NCBI GenBank assembly: GCA_963662465.1
Contig: OY759599.1
Location: 3,712,001 to 3,776,000 of the forward strand
Length of the DNA: 64,000 nucleotides
Source: Desulfatiglandales bacterium
GTDB taxonomy: Bacteria; Desulfobacterota; DSM-4660; Desulfatiglandales; Desulfatiglandaceae
Direction: 5' to 3'
The notes below the pieces were generated by a model that made no database searches, was not told the DNA's origin, and saw only the letters and a list, made by a program, of their open reading frames with translations. Shown here piece after piece: positions 28,616 to 38,742 of the stretch; positions within the stretch are counted from its first letter, which is position 1, and every line of letters starts with the position of its first letter. The position numbers and the translations under genes are program-made.

Positions 28616-31084
28616 TCATTTTAAATTCAAAACGGCTCCCTCTTCAGCATGAACATTGGCTTTCACATTTATTTTTTTGGAATCAACCGTAAGTTTGGAG
28701 CCCTCTTTGAGGGTTACATTTGGACCAATAGTGACTGATTCTGAGCCTGTGCATTCACATTCAGAGCCATCATAAAGCGTTATGTTGTCAATGGTTGGAT
28801 TCGCACCATCGCAGTCAGGACACGATGTTGTTACAACAATAAAATCAGATTTTGTTTCAGTATCAGTGCCGCCATTTCCGCTTACCTTCAAAGTAACCGC
28901 ATATTTTCCCGGCTGATCGTATTGATGAATCGGGCTTTGAGCGTTTCCTGTATTGCCATCGCCAAAGGTCCATTCCCATTTTTCTATATCACCCGTAGAT
29001 TGGTCTGAAAAAAGTACGCTTAACGGGGCTGCCCCTATCTTCGGTGTTGCCGAGAAGGCGGAACAGGCTTGAGAATAGACGGTGATTGCCTCTTTTTTGG
29101 TCGTTTCACTAGTCCAAGAGCGCGGGCCATAGACTTCCAGTTTTACAGAGTAGGTCCCAGGCTTTGTATAAGTGTGGGTTGGGTTTTTTAGGGTACTCGT
29201 TGCTCCGTCACCGAAGGTCCATTTGTAGGCCTTTATGCTTCCGGTCGAGTTATTTGTGAAGCTAATTTTAACCGAACCTATTCCGGAATTTGGTGTCATG
29301 CTGAATTTACTTGTTGGTGGTGTCATATTTTCTGTAGGAACGTACCAAGCAATACCCTCGTATACCCATTGTCCAGTCACTACAAGTTTGTCTTTTTCTG
29401 ATGCAGATGCGGTAAAAAAATGATCTTGGACCGTTGAATTGTTTAAGCGGTATACTGGTTTTGTGTCTGTTTCTTGAAATGTGTATGCATAGAACGCAAT
29501 TCTTTCATATTCCCATCCTTCAATACCAAGCAACCTATCCTTTTCTCCTGCTGAAGCCGTGTAATGGTGGTCAGTTCTACTTGAACTCCAAAGACGATAT
29601 ATTGGGGATGTGTCTGCCTCTTTTGAATCAAATACATAAAATTCAATTCCTTCGTATTTATATTCACCTTGTTCTATCAGCTTGTCCCGCTCTGATTCGG
29701 AAATAGTATAAAAATGATCATTCGTATTATCATTCCAAAATCTGTAGACTGGCATTCCATAGGCTGTTTCTCCCGCGCAAACGATGCTCGAACTTCCTAG
29801 AAGAGGGTTGGTGCCACCGGAACTATCGATAGCATAAGCATAAATTGCATGAATCTTGCCATCTTTAAGATTGTCAGGAGTAGTAATATCGAAACCATGA
29901 TTCTTGTCTGAAAAAGGAAGGTCCCCTCTGTACTTATCAGCCCTAGTCTTGCCCATGTAGGTGCCGATACCGGAAGGGCCATCCCGATAGGAATGAACAT
30001 CGATAGCATTTGTTGTGTCAGGATCTCTAGCCCACCCCGCAATGTGGGTGCAATCTGCAACATCCAGGTAGCCAACGGGTTTCTGATTTCCGACTACAAC
30101 TGTCAAAACCGCATATTCTTCTGTATCCCCATCATCAGAATAATTATTACTTTTATGCTCTTCGTCTTTTTTATAATCAATATATACAAAAATGTAATAA
30201 GTTCCTGGGGTAGAAGGAGCTTGGAGATTTCTCTTATGGTCTTCGTGGTCCTTACCAGAATCAAGATCATCAATTACATCTTTGCCGAGGCGGATATCAT
30301 CGTTTTTGTCGAAATCCTTGTCTTCTGATAAATAGTATTCAATTTCTATGTCGTCGTCAGTGTCTCCATCTCCTTTATTTTCGATTTTGGTTTCAATGTC
30401 GAATTTAAAGGACTGCCCGGATTCTACAGTAATTGAATGCTTCCAATCATTTTTGCCCGCCTGGGAAATTTCGACTCTTTTGACGTTTAGGTCGGGGAGG
30501 TCATTGGAAGAGCCTCCGAATTTAAGATATGTTAAAGGGTCTTTCCAGCCTTCTGACTTAGCAGTGTCACATGAACAGTCATATCCCCATCCGCTTGAAA
30601 CCCATTGCGTGTTCACGCTGAGGTGTAGGTGATCAGTGTAGCTACTATCATGCCTAATAGTGGCAATCTTTTGCCCAGCATCGACTGAGTTTGAGCCAAC
30701 TGTTCTGGATACATGACCATAGTAGCCATATATTGTTTTTCCGTTGCAATTGTGTTTTAAAATTAGGAATGAATTCCAGTAATCAGCACCAGTGTTGTCA
30801 TAGAACACATCACCGTCACACATGCTATAAACAGAAGTTCCACTTGGAGCCAAGATGTCAATGCCATTATGTATATTGCAGCCAGTCTTATAAGGGTTAG
30901 CCTCGCAAAAGCCTAATGTAATATTATCTGATTTCATATAGGAATCTGGTAGAGGAGATTCTACATCAATGGACCCTGTTCCTAAACAATATGCGATATT
31001 TGATATGAAGATAAAAATAATTTGGATAACAAATATTTTCCAAAAAAGATCAAAGCAATTTCGATGTAATTTAGTTAAAATCAT
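28616..31084 (-). CDS. Secreted M23 peptidase with CARDB-like, DUF5648-like repeat and two PKD domains
   Basis: Signal peptide; HNGID / YYGHV / HLH M23 motifs; VYRF..DHFYT repeats; W.FGDG...NPTHTY PKD motifs. Confidence 0.8.
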   Translation of the reverse strand: MILTKLHRNCFDLFWKIFVIQIIFIFISNIAYCLGTGSIDVESPLPDSYMKSDNITLGFCEANPYKTGCNIHNGIDILAPSGTSVYSMCDGDVFYDNTGADYWNSFLILKHNCNGKTIYGYYGHVSRTVGSNSVDAGQKIATIRHDSSYTDHLHLSVNTQWVSSGWGYDCSCDTAKSEGWKDPLTYLKFGGSSNDLPDLNVKRVEISQAGKNDWKHSITVESGQSFKFDIETKIENKGDGDTDDDIEIEYYLSEDKDFDKNDDIRLGKDVIDDLDSGKDHEDHKRNLQAPSTPGTYYIFVYIDYKKDEEHKSNNYSDDGDTEEYAVLTVVVGNQKPVGYLDVADCTHIAGWARDPDTTNAIDVHSYRDGPSGIGTYMGKTRADKYRGDLPFSDKNHGFDITTPDNLKDGKIHAIYAYAIDSSGGTNPLLGSSSIVCAGETAYGMPVYRFWNDNTNDHFYTISESERDKLIEQGEYKYEGIEFYVFDSKEADTSPIYRLWSSSRTDHHYTASAGEKDRLLGIEGWEYERIAFYAYTFQETDTKPVYRLNNSTVQDHFFTASASEKDKLVVTGQWVYEGIAWYVPTENMTPPTSKFSMTPNSGIGSVKISFTNNSTGSIKAYKWTFGDGATSTLKNPTHTYTKPGTYSVKLEVYGPRSWTSETTKKEAITVYSQACSAFSATPKIGAAPLSVLFSDQSTGDIEKWEWTFGDGNTGNAQSPIHQYDQPGKYAVTLKVSGNGGTDTETKSDFIVVTTSCPDCDGANPTIDNITLYDGSECECTGSESVTIGPNVTLKEGSKLTVDSKKINVKANVHAEEGAVLNLK

Positions 31085-31209
31085 AATAGCAAGCCTCTCG
31101 CTTTAAGGAAAAGAAGACTACTCTACCGCACCGCTTGAATTGAATTTTACAGCGCATAGAATTGAATCCTTTATCCAGATTTTAAAGGGGCGTCTCCTTG
31201 CTCTCGCAC

Positions 31210-31295
31210 GCACAACGACAAGTTCACCAGCGCCTCCTCGGGCCCCCGCCGGAACCACCAGTATCAGGGGCGGCTGGTGCAGCGTTTGGTTCGCT
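31210..31295 (-). other. Integron attC-like site
   Basis: Minus strand AGCGAAC-CAAAC-GCTGCACCAG...CTGGTGAAC-TTGTC-GTTGTGC; R'' is complementary to the CHAP cassette start GTTCGC. Confidence 0.7.
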
Positions 31296-31360
31296 GCTCA
31301 GATTTCAATCTTGTTCCATATGCTCTGATAAATCTTTCTTGATTGCTGTTCGTGCCATTT

Positions 31361-33760
31361 TTAGGGAGCAATTACCTTGATATTGGGCTGCAGCCTGATA
31401 ACTCCCCCTCCAATTGCCCCCGGAGCATACATGCTGGTCGTACCTATCTTTTCACTGAAATCACTGTTCCAGCCTCCGCTGATGGTCACAGTCCCAGCCG
31501 TGCTTTTCGTTGGCGCCTCTTTATACGTTCCCTGGCATACCTTTATCACGGTCCCATCTCCGGCCATGCTTATGGCTGTGCTGATTTGTTTATAGCACGG
31601 TTTTTTGCTCCCGCACGATCCGGTACTATCAACATAAAACGTGGTGGAACTGGTAACTGGTCCAATCCATGCTGATGTGCTGGTCACAACAACCTTGGTT
31701 ATGGTGCCGACATTCGAAATTGTATAAAACTCGGGCGTGGAGCTTGTGATGTTGACGGATTTTAATACTTCATCATTATCATACGCAACAAAAGTCGTGT
31801 TGCCACCGAAGTCGGCAATGTACGCAACAACGTCAGTTACCGGATTGGAAAAAAGAAATGTTGCTGCCGAAGTTTGTTCATCCCTTGTAACATTCTCATT
31901 TGTATTCTGGATGTTTTCACTACCTATAATGAGTCCTTTGATGTAATTCCATATCTTTACAAATATATTCCCGGAAGGTGTAAGTTCTGTATTTTCTGTA
32001 AGCTTAGTAGATGTAGTCACCGTATCGCCGTCCTCAAGATTGATATAGTTCGCCGTGTCAGCCGGGGTGAGATTTGGTCTGATAAAATGGCTCGGGTTTC
32101 CTTCAGCTATGGTCCGCTGACCATATGCGCAAGGATTATTCCAATTATACTCTGATACCAGTATACTGCCATCAGCGTTGACCTTTTCCACATAGGCCAC
32201 ATGACCATAACAGACTGTCTTGTCATTTTCGGTATAACATGCAACGTTGTTCCATTGTGCGACGTCGCCTGCTTGAGGCTTGCTGGTGAGTTCAAACCCA
32301 TTTTTTACGTTATCGTCCCAGTTGCTCCCGTTACCCCAATGCCCGCCATCCATGTAATTTGAAAAATTTCCTTCACCAAGCGCCTTGTTTAGGCGCCATG
32401 CGACATAAGATGTACAGTTTTTGATATAGAAATCCCAAGGGTCCGAACCACAGGGCTCCTCAACACAATTAGAACAGGCCTTTTTCCTGTATGGATAATC
32501 ATCAATGTAGCCCTGACCTAGTGTGCGAATATAATCGATTGTGCAACCAACCCAGTCACATGTTTTCCAATAGGCGAAATACGCATTACCAATTGCCAAG
32601 GTATTTGGTCTTAAATCACTCGCTACAGGGCCTCCTACCAAATCTCCATTTAAATAAACATAGAATTTTCCAGCAAGGTATTTAAGCTTCAATGTGAAAA
32701 ATTCAGATGGATTTGTTATTTTCGATATGTAATTACCCAAAAGGTAAAGTCGACCACTGCTAAAATCACACCAAACCTGTAAAACCCTGCCGTCCTCTGG
32801 TATCCAGGGATTATTACCTGAAGTATCGGTATTGGGATTATAAAAAACAATCATTCCTTCTCCATTGCAGCCTCCAAGAGAATCGAATCTCATCCTTACT
32901 TCCAGAATGAAGTCGCCACTTTCTGGAAATGGGGTTTGTCGGCTAGGAGGACCAGCCCAAACATATGGAAAAGTATCAGAATATCCGGAGCTAAAACTTG
33001 CCAGCCCATTTTTCACGATAACTTGACCATACGGCGATTCTCCGGTATGCCCGTAACAAGTCTCGCTCTCTACATTTACCCAATTCCCAATGGCACTTGA
33101 ATGATTTGGGTAAGCCGCAGTACACCACCGTTTGGAAGCTGTAGCGATGTCCGTATTCCATTTCTTGCTGTCTAAGCTCAAACCGTCAAAAGCATCATAC
33201 CAGTATTGGATATGAGGTTCTTGACGGTAAATAAAACCAAGAAAATCAGGATCGTCCACGGGTCTGGTTTTATAATCGTCCGTTTCGCTTGTGAACTGAT
33301 ATGGGTATGCTGCGCTACAATTCATTTCAGTTGAATAAACCGTGTTTTCTTCAATCCGAAAGACATACCCAACATGTCCTGAACCCTCAGAAGAAACGAA
33401 AATACAACCTTCACGTGCTCCATCCTCTGGAGTTCCCGTGGTAAAGCCTGCTTGTTTTGCAGCCGCCAGCCATCCCGTGCCAGCATTTCCCCAACTTGCA
33501 GCCTGGTAGCCCCAGCGATCAGACATCATTTTCCAAGCCCACCATGTGCAGTTGCCATCCTCGTGTTCACCATTAGGGCAACAATCATACACATTTCCGG
33601 TGCTGGTGAATCCATCACATTTATCGCTTCCAGCTGCCATAACGTTTGTGCAAAAAGATGTTGAAGAGAAAAGGAGAAAAATGATGGACATCAAGATCCA
33701 CTCTAAGCGATTCTTGTAACTCTTGCTTATCAAGAATGATCTCATGAGTTTTCTGCACAT
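31361..33760 (-). CDS. Secreted protein with two CHAP amidase domains flanking a ConA-like lectin region
   Basis: Signal peptide; GNCTWWAW...WGNA...GHVGYV...TEMN and NCTSYVAWR...WGNG...YGHVAYVE...VSEYNW. Confidence 0.8.
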   Translation of the reverse strand: MCRKLMRSFLISKSYKNRLEWILMSIIFLLFSSTSFCTNVMAAGSDKCDGFTSTGNVYDCCPNGEHEDGNCTWWAWKMMSDRWGYQAASWGNAGTGWLAAAKQAGFTTGTPEDGAREGCIFVSSEGSGHVGYVFRIEENTVYSTEMNCSAAYPYQFTSETDDYKTRPVDDPDFLGFIYRQEPHIQYWYDAFDGLSLDSKKWNTDIATASKRWCTAAYPNHSSAIGNWVNVESETCYGHTGESPYGQVIVKNGLASFSSGYSDTFPYVWAGPPSRQTPFPESGDFILEVRMRFDSLGGCNGEGMIVFYNPNTDTSGNNPWIPEDGRVLQVWCDFSSGRLYLLGNYISKITNPSEFFTLKLKYLAGKFYVYLNGDLVGGPVASDLRPNTLAIGNAYFAYWKTCDWVGCTIDYIRTLGQGYIDDYPYRKKACSNCVEEPCGSDPWDFYIKNCTSYVAWRLNKALGEGNFSNYMDGGHWGNGSNWDDNVKNGFELTSKPQAGDVAQWNNVACYTENDKTVCYGHVAYVEKVNADGSILVSEYNWNNPCAYGQRTIAEGNPSHFIRPNLTPADTANYINLEDGDTVTTSTKLTENTELTPSGNIFVKIWNYIKGLIIGSENIQNTNENVTRDEQTSAATFLFSNPVTDVVAYIADFGGNTTFVAYDNDEVLKSVNITSSTPEFYTISNVGTITKVVVTSTSAWIGPVTSSTTFYVDSTGSCGSKKPCYKQISTAISMAGDGTVIKVCQGTYKEAPTKSTAGTVTISGGWNSDFSEKIGTTSMYAPGAIGGGVIRLQPNIKVIAP

Positions 33761-33848
33761 TGTTGCCCCCCGCTTGGTTTTGTTCTGCCCGATGGGTCAG
33801 AGAATGCTCAGGTCAAAAAAGGCCAGCTAAACTACATGAACCCATGCA

Positions 33849-33980
33849 CGCGAACGTTTTAGTTAACAGGCGAACGGGCAAGAAAGAAATATGCGACCAA
33901 TCCACCCGGAAGCGTGATACGGAAAAATCAATTTCAATTTGCTCCAATGACCAGTTTGCCTGTTCAACGGCTGGTTGGAC
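33849..33980 (-). other. Integron attC site (132 bp)
   Basis: Minus strand GTCCAAC-5nt-GTTGAACAGGCAAAC...GTTCGCCTGTTAAC-6nt-GTTCGCG: canonical R''/L''/L'/R' spacing with one extrahelical base. Confidence 0.8.
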
Positions 33981-35485
33981 AGACCCGCGGGTCACACGCA
34001 CATAGGTTAATGGGAGCAGGATCGCCGCTATGGAGATTAAACGATCTTTGCAGCTACCGCATGACTTCTTTTTGACCCATCATTCCGGCCTAAGCCAGTT
34101 AAAAATGATAAAATTTCTTTTTTTGATCGCATGGTCCCGCTAAAAATGCCAAAATATCGTGTTATTAGGCAGTTTACCAAACACCTCGACATCAAAAACC
34201 TTTCACTCGACTAAAGACCTTTCGACTGCGCATGCTTAATCTATGCTGCTTGGGCGTGTATCATGTCCTGGACTTTATTGAACCTCGGAAGCTCTCTTAA
34301 CTTTTTGACCGGCGTCAATATTTCCAGAGTTATGAGGCGTTTCCCGCAAACAGGGCAACAATCCGGTCGCTCGTCGCTTCGCTGTTGCCAGAGACTCTGC
34401 CAATCCAGGAATCCCAGACTTTCAAGAGGCGGTTGACCCAGTATTTCCCGGCAGAGTGCCAGTTCTTCTTTTGAGCTGTGATGATAGAGTTCGTATGAAC
34501 GCACCATCACGGTATTTGCTAGGGGGACGTGTTGCAGATAGCGGCTGATAAAGGTTTGAATCGGCAGGGAGATGAGTTTTACCTTCTCACGACCGTAATT
34601 GAAGGTCACGTTCCCGTTTTCAATGCTGTAGATGCGTTTGTTTGAAATTGCTCCGCCTCTCAAGTAACGCGCCAGGTAAATCAACACGCCTTCACCGTAT
34701 GAATAGGTCTCTTTGAGCTTGACGTTCCATTTTTTGCGGCGGCCCAGTTTATTGAAGAGGTTCCGGGCCTGCTGAGGCCCCATACCCTCGGGCAGAACCA
34801 GTTCGTTCCGATCCAGGGCTTTTCTCAAATAGTAGAGGTACTTGCCTCGAAATACCGCCCGGACGATGCCAAAGGGCAAAAGGAATTTTTTTGATGAAGC
34901 GATCCACTCGCCGGCGATCAGCCCACCGGCCGTTACCAGACAATGCAGATGCGGATGAAAGTCCAGTTTTCGGCTCCAGGTATGCAGTGAGGCGATGATG
35001 CCGACTTTGCCCCCCAAATGCTTCGGATCTCCAAGGAGTTCGGAAAGGGTTTCAGTGGCGCTTTTGAACAGCAGATTGCCCATAAGCTTGCGGTTCAACC
35101 GCCATAAGTCGTGCAATTCATCGGAGATGGTGAAAATAACATGGAAATGTTCGGTGTTTAAGATGCGAGCCTTTTGTTTTGCCAGCCAACGTTCCACCTG
35201 GGTAAAAGCGCAGAGGGGGCACATGCGATGTTTACACGAGTTGTACCAGTGCCTTTTGAAGTGACCGTCCGGGCACGCCTGCACGTGACCCCCCAGAGCA
35301 GATGTGCGGCAACTCATCAGACGGTGTGCCGCTTCACGAATATGTTCCGGAAGAAGATGGGTCTGATCATAGAGGGCATAGCCTATAAGAAAGATGCTCT
35401 GAATCGTCGCTTCCACTGAAACCTCCTTTATTTACTGGGAGTTACGACGTTAGTTCCCCCGCTGTCCAGCGGGTCTGTCCAACCA
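33972..35485 (-). mobile_element. IS91-like unit bounded by perfect 17-bp inverted repeats that contain integron core sites
   Basis: TGGTTGGACAGACCCGC (33972-33988) and GCGGGTCTGTCCAACCA (35469-35485). Confidence 0.7.
34241..35416 (-). CDS. IS91-family (Y2 HUH) transposase
   Basis: Zn finger CRT...C...NSCKHRMCPLC, HVIFT, LHTW...HPHLH, YLARY, C-terminal CPVCG. Confidence 0.92.
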   Translation of the reverse strand: MEATIQSIFLIGYALYDQTHLLPEHIREAAHRLMSCRTSALGGHVQACPDGHFKRHWYNSCKHRMCPLCAFTQVERWLAKQKARILNTEHFHVIFTISDELHDLWRLNRKLMGNLLFKSATETLSELLGDPKHLGGKVGIIASLHTWSRKLDFHPHLHCLVTAGGLIAGEWIASSKKFLLPFGIVRAVFRGKYLYYLRKALDRNELVLPEGMGPQQARNLFNKLGRRKKWNVKLKETYSYGEGVLIYLARYLRGGAISNKRIYSIENGNVTFNYGREKVKLISLPIQTFISRYLQHVPLANTVMVRSYELYHHSSKEELALCREILGQPPLESLGFLDWQSLWQQRSDERPDCCPVCGKRLITLEILTPVKKLRELPRFNKVQDMIHAQAA

Positions 35486-35515
35486 TTGATTATCAAGTTA
35501 TTTTGCCCTGATAAA
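35477..35515 (-). other. attI-like site
   Basis: ...CTTGATAATCAATG/GTTGGAC core at the start of the first cassette, between the array and a divergent intI-like relic. Confidence 0.4.
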
Positions 35516-35648
35516 CCTTTAGGTCGTCAATATAAGGGCATTAACGCCCTGATATTTTGATATCAAGGCAACACCCTCGATATGTTTATTTTCGGCACCC
35601 AATGCTTCACTATCGACATGTTTATGAGAATTCCTGTAACAAGGAAAA

Positions 35649-35935
35649 ATGTCAAAAAAATACGTTGGTTTTTTGAGTCCAGTCGGTGCGACATTTTTTG
35701 GGGGACCCGCTAAATGTATAATGGCTGAAACGCTCTATTCTTTCATCATAAGCCACGTATCTGAATGACCCGTACCGGTGTTGACCAAAGGCAGTATTCC
35801 CTGAGATAGAATCCAAATTCTCAACTATTTTGAGCCATCGAGACCTGGTAAGCCTCACATTCTTCGGCGAGAATATTGCCTCGGATTTTAGAGAAGACCA
35901 GCCTTACCTTGACTCAATTTTTATACCAAAACCCA
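35649..35935 (+). pseudogene. Highly decayed integron-integrase (IntI) N-terminal relic
   Basis: Ordered multi-frame fragments VRHFL, WLKRSIL/HHK, PEIES, ENIAS, FLYQ parallel IntI QVR..LR, WIKRFILFH, PEIEAF, RNVAAS, LFLY. Confidence 0.45.
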
Positions 35936-36044
35936 AAATATCGTAAAGCCCAAAAAAACTGTGATATCATCAAATCAGCGTGCTTGACCGAACTTTGAAA
36001 CTGATTGCATCTCTCAGGGTCGGTCGCTCTGGGTATATATTGAG

Positions 36045-36178
36045 TTATGTTGTGTGTTGGCCTAACCTATCGAAATAATAAGGGAGTTCGGATCTGGCTT
36101 GAGAAATGATGATTTGGTAAAGATTCCGATAGTTTACCTCCAATTTCCAGAAACGGTTTGAAGGAACTCGCAACATAA
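36045..36178. repeat. 134-bp MITE-like unit with 14-bp imperfect inverted repeats; further copies of the motif at 36498-36527
   Basis: TTATGTTGTGTGTT ... AACTCGCAACATAA (12/14 match). Confidence 0.45.
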
Positions 36179-36743
36179 TAATAATCCTTTAAACATACTT
36201 CTGTGTTCTGATCCAGGGGTTAAACTGCTCCGGGGAGGGTTACTGGATCAAGCGAGCGGGCCTACATCTTTCATAAAGTCTCATATCGCAAACCTCCTAT
36301 AAGGAAGGTAATTCGACGTGGGGTAGGACATAACAGACAGCTTGCAACTTCTAAAATCAATCATAATAATAATATGAGAAAAACCATAAAATCAAGCTTG
36401 GTGTAATATATACCATGCTTGTAAGGCAAAGTCACGCTCAGAATGATAAGAATTATATAGATATTTCAATTCTAAATATGAATTAAATGAATTAAATACA
36501 CACAACATAACCAAACTCGCAACATAAATTGAGAGTATATGCAAAAAAGGGCACCCTCAAAAACTTGTGATATTCCTTTCATACCATCAGAACTAAAAAT
36601 TCACACTATCGCCCCTGAGCTTTCCACATCTTGTACCCAATTATGTATTATTAAATTCTACGCAATTTATCACAGCACAAATTTCGATGCAAGCCAAAGT
36701 GACAATTCCGAAAGGAGATTCAATGCCCCAGATATGGAACGTG

Positions 36744-38664
36744 CACGGTAAATTTGTTCTAACAGGTATCACGCTTGGGGCACTGAATTTTTGGTCATCT
36801 TGAGATAGTCGAAGACACCCCTTACGTTCTGCGTGAGCTGGCGCATTTTCTGGGCTACACTGCGAACACCTTTCGCCTTAATGACGCCCACCGCGAATCT
36901 ACGCAGCCTGGTCATGTTTTCAGGACCATTGCCGGTTCTTATTCGGCTTCGATCTTCGTCGTAGTTCCAGTCGATGATGTAATGGCACTCGTTTTCAATG
37001 CTCCAGTGACCGCGATTGATAGAAAGTACACGTTCGGGATTCGCCTGATCAGGTGATTGACTCGTTATGCCGTAAGCAACCTCAACTGTGCATTTACCGG
37101 TTTTCTTGTTTGTAACTTCTCTCTGGATCATAAAAGCCTGGCCGACATACGGGAAATCCAGGTATAGGTTAAGTTCGGTAGTCGTCCATATTTTGCGCAC
37201 TTCGATGCGACCATGATCGGGAGCATCGTGTTGTATGAAATCAGGATCGTTGCAGCCCTCAAAATACAGGGAAATGTCTTGAAGTAATGTGGGCTGGTTG
37301 TTTTTGGCGATGAAATGGTAATGGGCGTTGCGTTGCTCGACCAAATATTTAGCAAAAGTCCTTTGGGTTAGCAGTGCGTCAGCTGAAATGACTTTGCCTT
37401 CGATATCGATCGCGTCCAGTAAAGGGGCAGCCGTTTTGATTTCATTGGTTCGCTTGAGTTCGTCTTTGCCTTCTACAGGGAGAGAACCGACTTTTTTTGG
37501 GTGTAACAGGTCTTAGTTTGATGGCCGACAGCACTCATGATGTGAGTCTGATAACCTTGTTCATCGATGGCATTACACATGGTTTTTCCATCGATGGCCA
37601 AGCTTTCGTCCTGTTCACCGTAAAGCAGATTCCAACGCTGGAGAGCTTTGTCGAGTTCTGTGGGGTCAACGCGAACCAGAACATCACGGATAGTAGACTG
37701 ACTGGGAGCTACATAGCGCTTATTTTCATATCGGCAACGGAAACGCTCAAGGGCTTTTTGTCCAAGACCATTTACCCAATCGGATATCGCCAGATAACCG
37801 CGCATTCCGCACAGTGTTGCGGCGGTGGCAATGGCCAGAACAGTGGAGAGCCTGTGACGTCGTCCCTGGGATCGACGCGGGTCGGGAATTTGAGCAAAAA
37901 AGTCGGGTAGAGATTTCATATGTTCCGCACTGAGCATGATTTTGTAACCTCCTGTAAGATATGGTTTTTTGAGAACAGGTCGGGATAACAGTGCTTGAAC
38001 ATTGGAAACCAATGGTTTAAGAAAAACCATTTTCGGTGAATCCGCTTTATCGCTGTAGCCTTGGCGAGTTCGATGAAAACCCTTTGTTTTACCAACATAT
38101 ATCCAATTGGACGCTCGATATACGGTTCCGTGGAATTGCTTTGGGTCCACAAAGGTTTCCAGGAGTACAACCGGATGCCCGAAACGCTCCTGCCAATCAG
38201 CCTGCATTCGCTTCCGGCATAATGAAAGGATACGGGATGCGAGATTCGGAATATGCCATTCGGGCAAAATTAGAAAACGACTGTTATTGGTTACCAGTTT
38301 CAGTCGATCGTATTGATGGCGAAAATTCCATCCGATCCAGCTGTCCCTTGGTGTACATTTCAAAGCGGGAGCAGAAAAACTGACAAGCGCAATCCACTCA
38401 CTATTTAGTCTAGCTGTATACCAGAGGGTTTCGCTGATCTTGGGAAGAGCGCCCAAATAATGATGCGACTGCATCAGATGCTGAAAGCGTTGTTCTTCAA
38501 GCGGGCGGACTATTTGAATGCGGACTTGCTTAACGTTCAAGAATTTAAACCCCGAATTGGTTTGGTGCCTGTCACAGTATATACACCATCCGAGGGTTTC
38601 TGTTCATAATGTAGCGCAACTTTTATATTTTATTTGGATAATTCGGAAGAATAAATTCACCCTG
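36744..38664 (-). mobile_element. Complete ISAs1-family element with DUF4338 (DruA-like) domain
   Basis: IRs CAGGGTGAATTTATTC / CACGGTAAATTTGTTC (13/16); 10-bp target duplication ATGGAACGTG at 36734-36743 and 38665-38674. Confidence 0.9.
36769..38540 (-). CDS. DUF4338-ISAs1 transposase fusion, completed by a -1 frameshift at A-AAA-AAG (37491-37497)
   Basis: HHYLG, RDSWIGW, NNSRFLILP, LLETFVD, GTVYRASNW; IPDPR, AIDGKT; the -1 frame continues TNEI, ADALLTQ, KNNQ, HGRIE, RGHWSIEN, EDRSR. Confidence 0.88.
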
Positions 38665-38676
38665 ATGGAACGTGGC

Positions 38677-38711
38677 TTGACATGGTATTAAATAAATACT
38701 ACTTTAGTATT
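38677..38711 (+). promoter_or_regulatory. sigma70 promoter with an overlapping operator palindrome (TA autoregulation)
   Basis: TTGACA-17 nt-TACTTT; AATACTA-CTT-TAGTATT at 38695-38711. Confidence 0.55.
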
Positions 38712-38742
38712 CCATATGGAGTATTGGAAGGGAGGATTTGTT

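Noticed and set aside
36030..36060. Chromosomal dif site
   Set aside because: Only the TTATGTT half matches; no convincing XerC arm
36769..38540. Druantia defence system
   Set aside because: DUF4338 lies inside an IS with IRs and a target duplication, and no DruE helicase operon is adjacent
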